IMG/VR virus record: IMGVR_UViG_3300032240_001991
Location: 186,001 to 250,000 of that record
Length of the DNA stretch: 64,000 nucleotides
Strand: one strand, 5' to 3'
Every line of letters starts with the position of its first letter. Positions within the stretch are counted from its first letter, which is position 1. The notes below the pieces were generated by a model. That model had not been told where the DNA came from, did not search any database, and worked only from the letters and a program-made list of their open reading frames with translations. The position numbers were made by a program, and so were the translations under genes. This document shows, one piece after another, positions 53,615 through 63,658 of the stretch.

Positions 53615-54349
53615 ATGAAAGAAATTCTCAAAGACATTGTAAGTCATACGTATAACCTAGGCTTTCTCAATATTGTTAAGGTTACCGGCGAAGAAACATC
53701 AACTAAAATTGACTCTATGAGTGATGACCGTTCAGTTATTATGTACGGCGAAACCGCTAACCCATATCCAGATATGATTGGTGTATTTGGCATGCCGCAA
53801 CTTAACAAACTTAAGTATCTAGTTGAAGGTAATGAATACAAGGAAGATGCGACTATTGATATTGTTAAAGCAGAAATTAATGGCGTAACTGTTCCAGTTG
53901 GTATTCACTTTGAAAATGCAAGCGGTGACTTTAAAAACGATTATCGTTTTATGAATACTGCAATCATTAACGAAAAACTTAAGACTGTAAAATTCCGTGG
54001 TGCAAGTTGGGATGTTGAAGTTACTCCAAGCCTACAGGCTGTACAGAGATTTGGGTTCCAAGCTGGTGCTAACAGCGAACATACTACCTTCCTTGTTAAG
54101 ACTGAAGGCGGAAACCTAAAGTTTATCTTTGGCGATCAAAGTACTCACGGTGGTGAATTTGTGTTTGCTACTAATGTTACTGGCAAGCTAACTCGTTCAC
54201 ATACTTGGCCAGTTGCTTCTATTCTCAGCATTTTAAAAATTGCTGATGTTAACAACTGCAAATTGAGTATTAGCGATGCTGGTGCATTGCAGATTACTAT
54301 GGATAGCGGATTAGCCACATACAAGTATATTATTCCAGCGCAGGCTTAA
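53615..54349 (+). CDS. DNA sliding clamp (gp45/PCNA-like)
   Basis: Size about 245 aa, position after the polymerase, C-terminal ..G.LQI..DSGLATYKYIIPA. Confidence 0.65.
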   Translation: MKEILKDIVSHTYNLGFLNIVKVTGEETSTKIDSMSDDRSVIMYGETANPYPDMIGVFGMPQLNKLKYLVEGNEYKEDATIDIVKAEINGVTVPVGIHFENASGDFKNDYRFMNTAIINEKLKTVKFRGASWDVEVTPSLQAVQRFGFQAGANSEHTTFLVKTEGGNLKFIFGDQSTHGGEFVFATNVTGKLTRSHTWPVASILSILKIADVNNCKLSISDAGALQITMDSGLATYKYIIPAQA

Positions 54350-54354
54350 TTATA

Positions 54355-55983
54355 ATGAAATCATCAGTTAATTTAACTCCTTTGCAGAAAGACTATGCGG
54401 TATATCTTCCAGCTATATCCTCTTTCTATAGCACCTATGTTGCTAAACAAAGACTAGAAGAATTTGTACCTGCTGATCGTATTCCTAAAGGATTTGATCG
54501 AGGTATTGAAGGTATGAACTTCTTAGATCCTGAACAAGGCTATTTTAGCTACAAATACGCCTTGTATTCTGCAGGTCATGCACAGCTAGATCTTAATAAA
54601 AGTCTAGTACAGGAATCTATGATTCAACAGCGAGATCGAGCTAATACTATGATACTTGGTGACTCTGGTGGTTACCAGATTGGTAAGGGTGTCTTAAAAT
54701 TTGACTGGTTAGACTTTGAAGGTGCTAGTGCAAATAAAACTCGTCAGCAGATCTTAGAATGGCTCGAACTTACTGCTGATTGGAGCATGTTCCTTGACGT
54801 TCCAACCTGGGCATGCGATCATATACATAGTCCAAAGACAGGTTTAAAAACATTTGATGACTGTTTGAATAAAACTAAGTTCAACAACGAATATTTCCTA
54901 AAGAATCGATTAGGGCAAACTAAATTCCTAAACGTACTACAGGGCAGCGATTGGGATACTGCTGAAAAGTGGTATAACGGCGTTAAGGAATTTAGTGATT
55001 CTAAAGTATGGGGAGATAAGGCTGCAGAAGGATGGGCGTTTGGTGGCGCTAACATGTGTAAAATGGATATTACACTAAAGCGTCTAATGACCATGCGCGA
55101 TGACAACATGCTCAAAGGTAAGGATTGGATTCACTTCCTAGGCACAGCACAGCTAGACTGGAGTTGTTATCTAACGTCAATACAGCGTCAGATTCGTAAA
55201 CATATTAACGAAAATCTTACTATTAGCTTTGACTGTGCAAGTCCATTTATTGCTACTGCACACGGATTGGTTTACACAAATGCACAGCATAATCCAAAGC
55301 GTTGGTCAGTTATCATGGATAAGGCGCCAGATAATAAAGCACTCGCAGGAAGCGATATTCCATTTCCGTTTGAGTCAGAAATTGGTAGACGCTTAACGAT
55401 GGGCGATATTGCTTACTACAATATTGGAGTTCCTAAAACTCAAGAAGAATTGGGTGCTAGCGTTAAATTTGATCATTTAAATCCAGATCATTATAATGAG
55501 GTTCCTAAACTTAACAAATTAGGAAAAATTCCTAATAAAACTTCTTGGGATAGTTTTAGCTACGCATTAATGATGGGTCATAATGTCTATTGTCATATTG
55601 TTGCAGTACAAAGAGCGCAGCATTTAATGGACATTGAATGTGCTAAATTTAAACCAGATTGGCGTATGTGGGGACTAGAAGGAAAGAAAGAACGCGAATT
55701 GAGCGATTGGGTTCCAAGAAAGATCTTGTACTTTGATAGATTTATCAAAGAACTATTTGAAACCTCAACGAAGAAAGAAGCATTTGAAATGATCGATGCT
55801 GCTCGAGATAATGGTTTCCTTAAGAATCTTGAAGGCGCTCGATTACAAGGTGGTCCGGCTCAAAATCAATTTGGTACTTTCTTTGAGATAGAACAGGAAT
55901 CTTTCAAACAAGAAGAAATTGATCTAGCAAATCCAGATGACGATGAACTAAGAGCACTAGAAGAAAGTGTTGACAAAACCTAA
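54355..55983 (+). CDS. dpdA: TGT-superfamily 7-deazaguanine DNA transglycosylase (DpdA-like)
   Basis: ILGDSGGYQ, MFLDVP, LNVLQG, GWAFGG, IHFLG, SFDCASPF motifs; adjacent to folE/queE. Confidence 0.7.
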   Translation: MKSSVNLTPLQKDYAVYLPAISSFYSTYVAKQRLEEFVPADRIPKGFDRGIEGMNFLDPEQGYFSYKYALYSAGHAQLDLNKSLVQESMIQQRDRANTMILGDSGGYQIGKGVLKFDWLDFEGASANKTRQQILEWLELTADWSMFLDVPTWACDHIHSPKTGLKTFDDCLNKTKFNNEYFLKNRLGQTKFLNVLQGSDWDTAEKWYNGVKEFSDSKVWGDKAAEGWAFGGANMCKMDITLKRLMTMRDDNMLKGKDWIHFLGTAQLDWSCYLTSIQRQIRKHINENLTISFDCASPFIATAHGLVYTNAQHNPKRWSVIMDKAPDNKALAGSDIPFPFESEIGRRLTMGDIAYYNIGVPKTQEELGASVKFDHLNPDHYNEVPKLNKLGKIPNKTSWDSFSYALMMGHNVYCHIVAVQRAQHLMDIECAKFKPDWRMWGLEGKKERELSDWVPRKILYFDRFIKELFETSTKKEAFEMIDAARDNGFLKNLEGARLQGGPAQNQFGTFFEIEQESFKQEEIDLANPDDDELRALEESVDKT

Positions 55984-55998
55984 AAACTGTGTTAGAGT
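55970..55998 (+). promoter_or_regulatory. Sigma70-type promoter
   Basis: TTGACA-N17-TAGAGT with an upstream TG. Confidence 0.55.
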
Positions 55999-56004
55999 TA
56001 ATTC

Positions 56005-56541
56005 ATGAATAGAGATTACACAACTGGCAAAGCTGAAAACGTTACATTCTTCCTAGGCAAGGAGGTCGAAAAGACCCCTGCCTACGGAATGAAGACATTG
56101 TTTGTAACAGGATTGCAACCTGTTGAAGAAATTGAAAAAGTTCTTAACGATTCTTTTACTAACATTAATGAGCCAGTTAATCATATCTTCTTTGGTGCAA
56201 ATCACAGTTTTAAACCAGAAGAATATGACGAATGGCTTTCTTGGGATGAAATGATTCTTTTTTTCTTAGAAAAGGATTATTTTTGTAGTTTAGATATTCC
56301 TCTTAGTCATGCAGACGACTTTTTAGAGAGTGGGCTTTGCGAAAAAGAAAACTTTATTCCTCAAATTCGTGTACCAATTCCGTATACTAAATTATGGAAT
56401 TACAATACAATGATTAAGATTGATGATAAGGGATTTAAGGCAACCAATCCTGGCGTATGGTGCCACAGTTTACACGATCTAATGGATCGCGATAAGTTTA
56501 CAGATTGGTCACAATACAAAAACGATACGGTGATTAAATGA
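56005..56541 (+). CDS. Hypothetical protein in the deazaguanine cluster
   Basis: GKEVEKTPAYGMKTLFV, HIFFGANHSF, TNPGVWCH. Confidence 0.65.
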   Translation: MNRDYTTGKAENVTFFLGKEVEKTPAYGMKTLFVTGLQPVEEIEKVLNDSFTNINEPVNHIFFGANHSFKPEEYDEWLSWDEMILFFLEKDYFCSLDIPLSHADDFLESGLCEKENFIPQIRVPIPYTKLWNYNTMIKIDDKGFKATNPGVWCHSLHDLMDRDKFTDWSQYKNDTVIK

Positions 56542-56909
56542 ACACTGAGAAATCAATGATTTGGGTTACTTTTCAAAAGGAAGGAATTCATTGTTATCCT
56601 GCAGCGGCCTCTGATCCAAAATTAGCAGATGTCAGCTTTTTAGGTACACCTCATCGACACATTTTTCATTTTAAAGTCTATATTGAAGTATTTCACGATG
56701 ACCGTGATTTAGAATTTATTCAGTTTAAGCGTTGGCTTGAGCAGTGCTACAACAATGGTACTCTTGAGCTAAACCACAAATCCTGCGAAATGATTGCAAG
56801 AGATTTACATGCAACCATTATAGCAAGATATCCAATCCGCGAGGTTTGGATTGACGTTAGTGAAGACAACGAGAACGGTTGCTTCATTAAATTTCCAACA
56901 ACACTTTGA
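56538..56909 (+). CDS. dpdL: QueD-like T-fold protein with LxxxHRHxF motif (DpdL-like, proposed CDG decarboxylase)
   Basis: FLGTPHRHIF, RDLEFI, SCEMIA, VSEDNENG. Confidence 0.65.
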   Translation: MNTEKSMIWVTFQKEGIHCYPAAASDPKLADVSFLGTPHRHIFHFKVYIEVFHDDRDLEFIQFKRWLEQCYNNGTLELNHKSCEMIARDLHATIIARYPIREVWIDVSEDNENGCFIKFPTTL

Positions 56910-56928
56910 TTTAAAGGTATATTAGATA

Positions 56929-57135
56929 ATGGCTAATTTTAAAATTCGTTCTATGAAGCCCGAAGTTATTCGGATCTTTGACGACCTTGAAGCTTGGTTG
57001 AACCACTGTCGGTTTAATCTTCTTCCGTTTGATCCAGCTGACCTTTATAGGTCGCGCGAATGGCGAGAGTTTGCCGGAAAAGGCAACGATCGCAGGCATT
57101 ATAAGAGAGATCGTGCATCAAGGAATCGAGGATGA
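56929..57135 (+). CDS. Small hypothetical protein
   Basis: TGA overlaps the next ATG. Confidence 0.6.
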   Translation: MANFKIRSMKPEVIRIFDDLEAWLNHCRFNLLPFDPADLYRSREWREFAGKGNDRRHYKRDRASRNRG

Positions 57136-58229
57136 CAGTATACCTCATAGATCTTGAGGCAGTTGAAACCCGGTACACTGGCCAATGGAAGGCCAGTGTA
57201 CCTTCTTTGTTAAGGAGTAAAGGGCACGATGTTAACGTTATTAGCGGTCCTGCTGATATTCCCGCTGCTACCACACCTGGTGCTTTTCTTAACTTTGGTG
57301 GTACAAACATATATAAGTCAGCGCAAGTTGAAGAAATAGCTCGACTGTTTACCGCAGGAAAAATTCAGACCGGAGATCATTTTCTGTTTACTGACGCTTG
57401 GCACCCAGGTATTCTTAATTTAAAGTATATGAGTGAGTTATTGCAGATACCAGTGACGATTCACGCGCTCTGGCATGCAGGTAGTTACGATCCGCAGGAT
57501 TTTTTAGGTCGATTAATTGGCGCTAAAGGTTGGGTTCGACATGCTGAAAAAAGTTTCTTTCATGCGATCGATCACAATTATTTTGCTACAGACTTTCATA
57601 TCGAGATGTTTAATAATAACTTGTTAAATGATGGTGTATTTGAAAATCCGTGGAAAGAAATAGATCTAGAAGATTTCAAGAATGAAGGAAAAATTGTAAG
57701 AACTGGATGGCCGATGGAATATATGGAGGACACTCTTCTTCCGTATAAAAACATGGAAAAACGTAACCTTATCGTATTTCCGCATCGTATTGCTCCGGAA
57801 AAACAAGTTGGTATATTCCGTAGTTTAAAAGATCATTTGCCTCAGTACGAATTTGTAGTTTGTCAAGATCAGCAATTAACTAAGAACGAGTATCACAACT
57901 TATTGGGCGAGGCTAAAATAGTATTCAGTGCTAATTTGCAAGAAACATTAGGCATTAGCTGTTATGAAGGCGCATTACTTGATGCTATTCCAATGGTGCC
58001 GGATAGATTAAGCTATTCTGAAATGTATCATGAGGTCTTTAAGTATCCTAGTAAATGGGCTGAGAGTTGGGAATTACATGAACAATATCTGCCAGAACTA
58101 ATGCATACCATTATCATGCATATGGAAAATTACGATGATCGTATTCTGGAGATTAGAAAACAAACAAACTTTCTAAAAAGTAACTTCTTTAACGCAGATA
58201 ATCTACTAAAAAATATCAGGCAAGGTTGA
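57132..58229 (+). CDS. GT-B fold glycosyltransferase
   Basis: FPHRIAPEKQ, EYHNLLGEAKIVFSANLQETLGIS.YEG, PMVPDRLSYSEM resemble the GT-B nucleotide-sugar-binding half. Confidence 0.75.
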   Translation: MTVYLIDLEAVETRYTGQWKASVPSLLRSKGHDVNVISGPADIPAATTPGAFLNFGGTNIYKSAQVEEIARLFTAGKIQTGDHFLFTDAWHPGILNLKYMSELLQIPVTIHALWHAGSYDPQDFLGRLIGAKGWVRHAEKSFFHAIDHNYFATDFHIEMFNNNLLNDGVFENPWKEIDLEDFKNEGKIVRTGWPMEYMEDTLLPYKNMEKRNLIVFPHRIAPEKQVGIFRSLKDHLPQYEFVVCQDQQLTKNEYHNLLGEAKIVFSANLQETLGISCYEGALLDAIPMVPDRLSYSEMYHEVFKYPSKWAESWELHEQYLPELMHTIIMHMENYDDRILEIRKQTNFLKSNFFNADNLLKNIRQG

Positions 58230-58296
58230 TATTGCCTAAATAAAGTTGTACAATATGTACATGTCATCCACGACAATAACTCGGAGAATTAAAATA

Positions 58297-59139
58297 ATGA
58301 ATGATAAAACTTGGACACTCCCTGTAGAAGAAGATCCCGCTACTGGAGACAGCATTATCATCTTCCCACCTGATCTTCTTGAGGAAACCGGATGGAAAGA
58401 AGGAGATACATTAAACTGGATCGAAAATAACGACGGATCATTTACACTACAAAGGAAAGACATGAAACCAATAAGTTCTCAAATTAGAGAAAGATTAGAA
58501 CAAGCTAAACATCGTTATCACAGCAATGATAACATTTCTGCTTTTATAAACGACGGCGAACTTGAACAACTGCAAGAAGAAGTTGCTCTTAAATTAGAAG
58601 ATGTACTACAAAGTCTTGTAATTGATACAGTTCACGATCACAATACACAAGATACTGCAAATCGAGTAGCTAAGATGTTTATTAAGGAAACATTTAGCGG
58701 GCGTTACCGTCCAGTTCCTAAGGTTACAGCATTTCCTAACATGGGCTATAAGAGTCTTTATACTACAGGTCCAATTAGTATTCGTAGCACCTGTGCTCAT
58801 CACTTTCAAAATATTGTAGGACGTTGTTGGGTAGGCATTGTTCCTGAAGGCGAAGTAATTGGTCTTAGTAAGTTTAATCGAATCGTTCATCATATTTGCG
58901 AACGTCCGCAGATTCAAGAAGAGATGACTACGCAGATTGCAGAGGCACTTAAGGAATACGCTAAAACTGAGCATATCGCCGTTGTAGTCAAAGCAGAGCA
59001 TCATTGTATGACCATGCGCGGTGTACGTGAGCACGAAAGTGATATGACTACTGCAATTATGCTGGGCGCATTTAGTACAGATCCTGCACTAAAGCAAGAA
59101 TTCTATGATATTTGTCTTTCAATGAAGGGTCATCGGTAA
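58297..59139 (+). CDS. folE: GTP cyclohydrolase I with in-frame N-terminal AbrB/MazE-like domain
   Basis: TANRVAKMF, IRSTCAHHF, IGLSKFNRIV, RPQIQEEMT, AEHHCMTMRGV; N-terminal IIIFPPDLLEETGWKEGDTLNW. Likely start ATG 58297 (GGAG), internal ATG 58462 (AAGGA). Confidence 0.93.
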   Translation: MNDKTWTLPVEEDPATGDSIIIFPPDLLEETGWKEGDTLNWIENNDGSFTLQRKDMKPISSQIRERLEQAKHRYHSNDNISAFINDGELEQLQEEVALKLEDVLQSLVIDTVHDHNTQDTANRVAKMFIKETFSGRYRPVPKVTAFPNMGYKSLYTTGPISIRSTCAHHFQNIVGRCWVGIVPEGEVIGLSKFNRIVHHICERPQIQEEMTTQIAEALKEYAKTEHIAVVVKAEHHCMTMRGVREHESDMTTAIMLGAFSTDPALKQEFYDICLSMKGHR

Positions 59140-59140
59140 T

Positions 59141-59701
59141 ATGAAAAAATTAACAATCAATGATCGTATGCTTAAGAATCTAGTGGCTAAGATCTGTAGA
59201 GATATTACTAATAGTGGATGGCGTCCTGAATATGTTGTTGGTATTAGTCGTGGAGGGCTATTGCCTGCGATTATGATCAGTCATTATTTTAATGTGCCTA
59301 TGAAACCGTTAACGGTTAGCTTAAGAGACGGCGGAGAATGTGTTAGTGACTTAGGAATGGCTGAAGATGCATACGGGCACTGCGATCGAACTATTGATAT
59401 TTTAGAAGAAGATCCAATGGATTTAATCAATGAAGGCATGCCTGCTGATATTTTGATTGTTGACGACATTAATGATACTGGCGCTACATTTAACTGGATC
59501 ATGAAAGACTGGCCAGCAGGATGCTATCCGTCAGATCCTGTTTGGAATGAAGTTTGGGGCAATACTGTACGATTCGCTGTTCTTGTAGATAATCTTGCCA
59601 GCAAGTGCGATATAGGAATGTATTATCACGGAATGGAAATTAACAAAGAAGAAGAAGATGTTTGGGTTGAGTTCCCTTGGGAGAATTGGTGGCAAGAATG
59701 A
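59141..59701 (+). CDS. Type I purine phosphoribosyltransferase
   Basis: VVGISRGGLLPA..ISH, LIVDDINDTGATF PRPP loop, WVEFPWE. Confidence 0.88.
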   Translation: MKKLTINDRMLKNLVAKICRDITNSGWRPEYVVGISRGGLLPAIMISHYFNVPMKPLTVSLRDGGECVSDLGMAEDAYGHCDRTIDILEEDPMDLINEGMPADILIVDDINDTGATFNWIMKDWPAGCYPSDPVWNEVWGNTVRFAVLVDNLASKCDIGMYYHGMEINKEEEDVWVEFPWENWWQE

Positions 59702-60150
59702 TTTTAAAACTCTTAGAAAAACTAGGACGAAAACGCATTATAATGGATAGGATTAATAATAAACCCTATTTAGAGCGTTATTATCTTTTTTTAAAAGAAC
59801 GAAAAAAATTTCCCTTTAACATCTTTCTACATAAATTCTTAAAAGGAGACCCTGACGATGTACACGATCATCCCTGGCCTTATGCAACGCTTATACTTAA
59901 AGGTGGCTATTATGAATGGATTCCCCAATTTCGTCAAGACGGTACAAAATCTTGTGAAGTTCGCTACTGGCGTGGGCCCGGACATTTTCGCATTTGCAGC
60001 CCTAATAGCTACCATCGAATTGAACTAAAAGAAGGCGTCACCTGTTGGACATTGTTTATGCCTGGACCTCATCGCAGAGATTGGGGATTCCTTGTTAAAG
60101 ATCAATGGGTGCAGCATGAAAAATATCTTATATCAAGGGCTAAAGCATGA
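59698..60150 (+). CDS. Cupin-like protein
   Basis: [39 protein letters not shown]. Confidence 0.7.
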   Translation: MILKLLEKLGRKRIIMDRINNKPYLERYYLFLKERKKFPFNIFLHKFLKGDPDDVHDHPWPYATLILKGGYYEWIPQFRQDGTKSCEVRYWRGPGHFRICSPNSYHRIELKEGVTCWTLFMPGPHRRDWGFLVKDQWVQHEKYLISRAKA

Positions 60151-61169
60151 GAATTGAAACAGATATTAAATTAGATTTCAAAGACGTATTAATCCGTCCT
60201 AAGCGTAGTACATTGGCTAGCCGAAAAGATGTAAGTTTATATAGGAATTACACTTTCAAATGGAGCCAAAAAGAATGGGGCGGTGTCCCTATTATGGCTG
60301 CAAATATGGACGGCGTTGGAACATTTGCAATGGGCAATGCTTTGCATGAATATGAGATGTTTACCTGCCTTGTAAAGAGTTACGAAAAAGAAGACTGGGA
60401 TAGCTATTACGACCCCAGTCTGACTGCTGTAAGTACCGGTATTAGTTCTTGGGATTACGTCAAACTACAAAATATTTTAGAAAATTTTGAATTAGATTTT
60501 ATCTGCATTGACGTTGCTAATGGATACAGCGAACACTTTGGTGATTTTGTTGCTAAGGTTAGAAAAGAGTATCCAACAAAAACTATTATTGCAGGTAATG
60601 TTGTTACCGCAGACATGACACAGGAGTTAATCTTACGTGGGGCAGACATTGTTAAAGTTGGCATTGGTCCCGGTAGTGTATGTACTACTCGTATTCAAAC
60701 CGGCGTTGGATATCCTCAGCTCTCAGCCATCATCGAATGTGCAGACGCTGCTCATGGCCTTGGCGGTCATATTATTGCAGATGGGGGATGTACTTGCCCA
60801 GGTGATGTCGCTAAGGCATTTGGGGGCGGTGCTGATTTTGTAATGCTAGGAGGAATGCTGGCTGGACACGACGAAGGCGGAGGAGAAATTAAAGACGGAA
60901 TGGTCACCTTTTATGGTATGAGTTCTAATACCGCAATGGAAAAAAATAATGGTAGTGTTGCAGAATATCGTAGTAGTGAAGGGCGCACAGTTCAAGTTCT
61001 GTACCGCGGACCTGTAAAGAATACGGTCAATGACCTGCTAGGCGGATTACGTAGTGCCTGTACGTATGTAGGAGCACCATCTCTTAAACAGTTAAGTAAA
61101 TGCACTACATTTATTAGAGTGAATGACACGCATAATCGTGTTTACGAATCAAATACTGTAAGGAAATAA
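60147..61169 (+). CDS. guaC: GMP reductase
   Basis: [72 protein letters not shown]. Confidence 0.95.
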   Translation: MRIETDIKLDFKDVLIRPKRSTLASRKDVSLYRNYTFKWSQKEWGGVPIMAANMDGVGTFAMGNALHEYEMFTCLVKSYEKEDWDSYYDPSLTAVSTGISSWDYVKLQNILENFELDFICIDVANGYSEHFGDFVAKVRKEYPTKTIIAGNVVTADMTQELILRGADIVKVGIGPGSVCTTRIQTGVGYPQLSAIIECADAAHGLGGHIIADGGCTCPGDVAKAFGGGADFVMLGGMLAGHDEGGGEIKDGMVTFYGMSSNTAMEKNNGSVAEYRSSEGRTVQVLYRGPVKNTVNDLLGGLRSACTYVGAPSLKQLSKCTTFIRVNDTHNRVYESNTVRK

Positions 61170-61171
61170 TT

Positions 61172-61561
61172 ATGGATAATATTTTTAATGGACCAGATAC
61201 ATTGTCAGCTGCAGATGTTCCTTGGACAAACCCTATAAAAGAAGACTTTCAAATAAAAGTATTTCAAGATAAATTTCCAGTTACTTCAGGTCACTTGCTT
61301 TTTGTACCAAAGTATAATAGTATTCCAGTATTAATGGAAGCTATCGAGGATGCAATTCGACATGGTAAAAATATGGTCCTTAATCATGAATATGATGGAT
61401 TCAACATTGGAATTAATTATGGAGAGGCCGCTGGTCAAACTATTCAATGGCCTCATGTCCATCTCATTCCACGAAGACTAGGCGATGTTCCGGATCCTAC
61501 CGGAGGAGTAAGGCATGTTATTCCAGGTAAAGGAAATTATCGCGATCCAAATTTTAGGTAA
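61172..61561 (+). CDS. HIT-family nucleotide hydrolase
   Basis: FPVTSGHLLFVPK, GFNIGIN.GEAAGQT..WPHVHLIPRR.GD. Confidence 0.9.
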   Translation: MDNIFNGPDTLSAADVPWTNPIKEDFQIKVFQDKFPVTSGHLLFVPKYNSIPVLMEAIEDAIRHGKNMVLNHEYDGFNIGINYGEAAGQTIQWPHVHLIPRRLGDVPDPTGGVRHVIPGKGNYRDPNFR

Positions 61562-61566
61562 ACATT

Positions 61567-62421
61567 ATGAGTAAAATTAAAATAGCAGAATTGTTTTATA
61601 GCATTCAAGGAGAAGGAAGGTACATGGGTGTCCCTTCTATTTTCTTGCGTACATTTGGATGTAATTTCCAATGTGCAGGATTTGGAATGCCCAAAGGTGA
61701 ACGCAGCACAGAAGCTGTTGATATAGACCCTAGCAAGTATAAGTCTTATGGCGAATTGCCTCTAGTTAGTACAGGTTGTGACAGCTATGCTAGTTGGGAT
61801 ACTAGATTTAAAAATCTTAGTCCTATGATGACTACTGATAATCTTGCAGAACAGATTGTTAGTCTATTACCGTACGGTGAATGGCGAGATGAGCATTTGG
61901 TTATTACTGGTGGCGAACCACTACTAGGATGGCAACGTGCTTATCCGGATTTGCTAGAACATCCTAAGATGCAGGGATTAAAGGAGATTACGTTTGAAAC
62001 AAACGGTACTCAAGAACTGCACACAGATTTTAAGCAATATCTAAAAAAATGGAATCAGTCTCAATGGCCACATGGGGGGTTTGGAGAAATTACATTTAGT
62101 GTCAGCGCAAAACTAAGTTGCAGTGGAGAAAGCAGAGAAGATGCAATTAAGCCAGACATTGTCTGTGAATATGAAGATGTAGGGTTTACATATCTTAAGT
62201 TTGTTGTGGCAAGCGAAGAAGATGCACAAGAAGCAATTGAAACTGTAAAAGTCTATCGAGATGCTGGATTTCAAGGTCCAGTATATCTCATGCCTGTGGG
62301 CGGTGTAGAAAGTGTGTATTCACTAAATAATCGCCGTGTTGCTGAATTAGCAATGCGTAACGGACTAAGATATAGCGATAGATTGCAGGTACCGTTATTC
62401 AAGAACGCATGGGGAACATGA
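61567..62421 (+). CDS. queE: 7-carboxy-7-deazaguanine synthase (radical SAM)
   Basis: ELFYSIQGEG, FLRTFGCNFQC...GCDSY, ITGGEPL, FETNGT, RLQV. Confidence 0.9.
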   Translation: MSKIKIAELFYSIQGEGRYMGVPSIFLRTFGCNFQCAGFGMPKGERSTEAVDIDPSKYKSYGELPLVSTGCDSYASWDTRFKNLSPMMTTDNLAEQIVSLLPYGEWRDEHLVITGGEPLLGWQRAYPDLLEHPKMQGLKEITFETNGTQELHTDFKQYLKKWNQSQWPHGGFGEITFSVSAKLSCSGESREDAIKPDIVCEYEDVGFTYLKFVVASEEDAQEAIETVKVYRDAGFQGPVYLMPVGGVESVYSLNNRRVAELAMRNGLRYSDRLQVPLFKNAWGT

Positions 62422-62422
62422 T

Positions 62423-62935
62423 ATGAACAAATGGATTAAAAAGTTACTAGGGGTTGATAAAATTGAAGCCGATGTTGCTGCTGCAATTAAAGCCAAGACT
62501 GAGTCTGAACAAGCGGCAAAAGAGGCACAAGAACTAGCTGCACAAGCTAGAGCTCTTGCTGAACAAGCTGTAAAAGAATCAGCGGAAGTTGCTGAAACTG
62601 CCAAAGCCGCACAGCAGCAAGCTAAAGAATATGCAAAGATGTTGCCTAAAGAAAGAGCAACAGCTAATAAAGAACCTTACGTAGCTGTGCTCGAAACGCA
62701 TGTTAATGATCAAAATCCTCGCAACGGATTCTTTGAACTAGATTGGAATGAATATTTTATTATCCAATTAAAGGCCGAAGGATACTTTGGAGAAACAGAC
62801 GAAGAAATCATTGACAAATGGTGGCGAGAGATTTGTCGTAATGTTGCAGCAGAAGAAGGAGTTAACATGGATCGACGGGGAAGCGGCTATATTAATGTTA
62901 ACGATCTTGGAAACGGAAAATCTGAGATAAGCTAA
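62423..62935 (+). CDS. Hypothetical protein with Ala/Glu-rich coiled coil
   Basis: NGFFELDWNEYFI motif. Confidence 0.65.
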   Translation: MNKWIKKLLGVDKIEADVAAAIKAKTESEQAAKEAQELAAQARALAEQAVKESAEVAETAKAAQQQAKEYAKMLPKERATANKEPYVAVLETHVNDQNPRNGFFELDWNEYFIIQLKAEGYFGETDEEIIDKWWREICRNVAAEEGVNMDRRGSGYINVNDLGNGKSEIS

Positions 62936-63657
62936 TGAACAATTACCATACATATCTAAAATCAAAAGGGCTAGCATCAGATAAAGGACCAGAGCAAGAT
63001 TTAATTACATATCTTAGCTTTTTAAAAAATCAAGGTTTACAAATTGACGTTGTTTATGATATTGGCGCTTGGATGGGCTACTGGAGTCCGCTAATTAAAC
63101 ACAGTGTTTTGCACGATGCAAAGTTTATTATGTTTGAAGCAAACAGCAAATATATTCCCTCTTTGTCTGCATCTGGATTTCCGTTTTTCAATCTTCTTTT
63201 AAGCAACCCTGGAAGAGAATACGTTGAGTTTTATAACGGAACGAATTCGGGCGATAGCTACTATAAAGAAACTACTACTATATATGACAACCAAACAAGT
63301 ATTAAATTACCTTGCACAACACTAGATGAAGTTATTAGGAAGTTTCAGCTCCCATATCCTAATTTCATTAAAATTGATACCCAGGGTTCTGAACTGGACA
63401 TTCTTGCAGGAGCAACTTCAGTACTAGGGTATGTTGATTTAATATATGTAGAATGCCCAATATTAAATTATAATTCAGGTGCGCCCAAAATCCAAGATTA
63501 TCTTGAATTTTTTAAGAAACACGAATTTTTACCAGTTCAACTAATTGAACAACATGTTTCAGAAGATATGTTGATTCAGGTTGACATAATGTTCATGAGA
63601 AAGCAAACTAAGGATCGTATATTGCAGCCTAACGCTACGATTAGACCTTGGGGATAA
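62935..63657 (+). CDS. FkbM-family methyltransferase
   Basis: YDIGAWMG, FEAN, TTLDE, FIKIDTQGSELDILAGA. Confidence 0.88.
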   Translation: MNNYHTYLKSKGLASDKGPEQDLITYLSFLKNQGLQIDVVYDIGAWMGYWSPLIKHSVLHDAKFIMFEANSKYIPSLSASGFPFFNLLLSNPGREYVEFYNGTNSGDSYYKETTTIYDNQTSIKLPCTTLDEVIRKFQLPYPNFIKIDTQGSELDILAGATSVLGYVDLIYVECPILNYNSGAPKIQDYLEFFKKHEFLPVQLIEQHVSEDMLIQVDIMFMRKQTKDRILQPNATIRPWG

Positions 63658-63658
63658 A

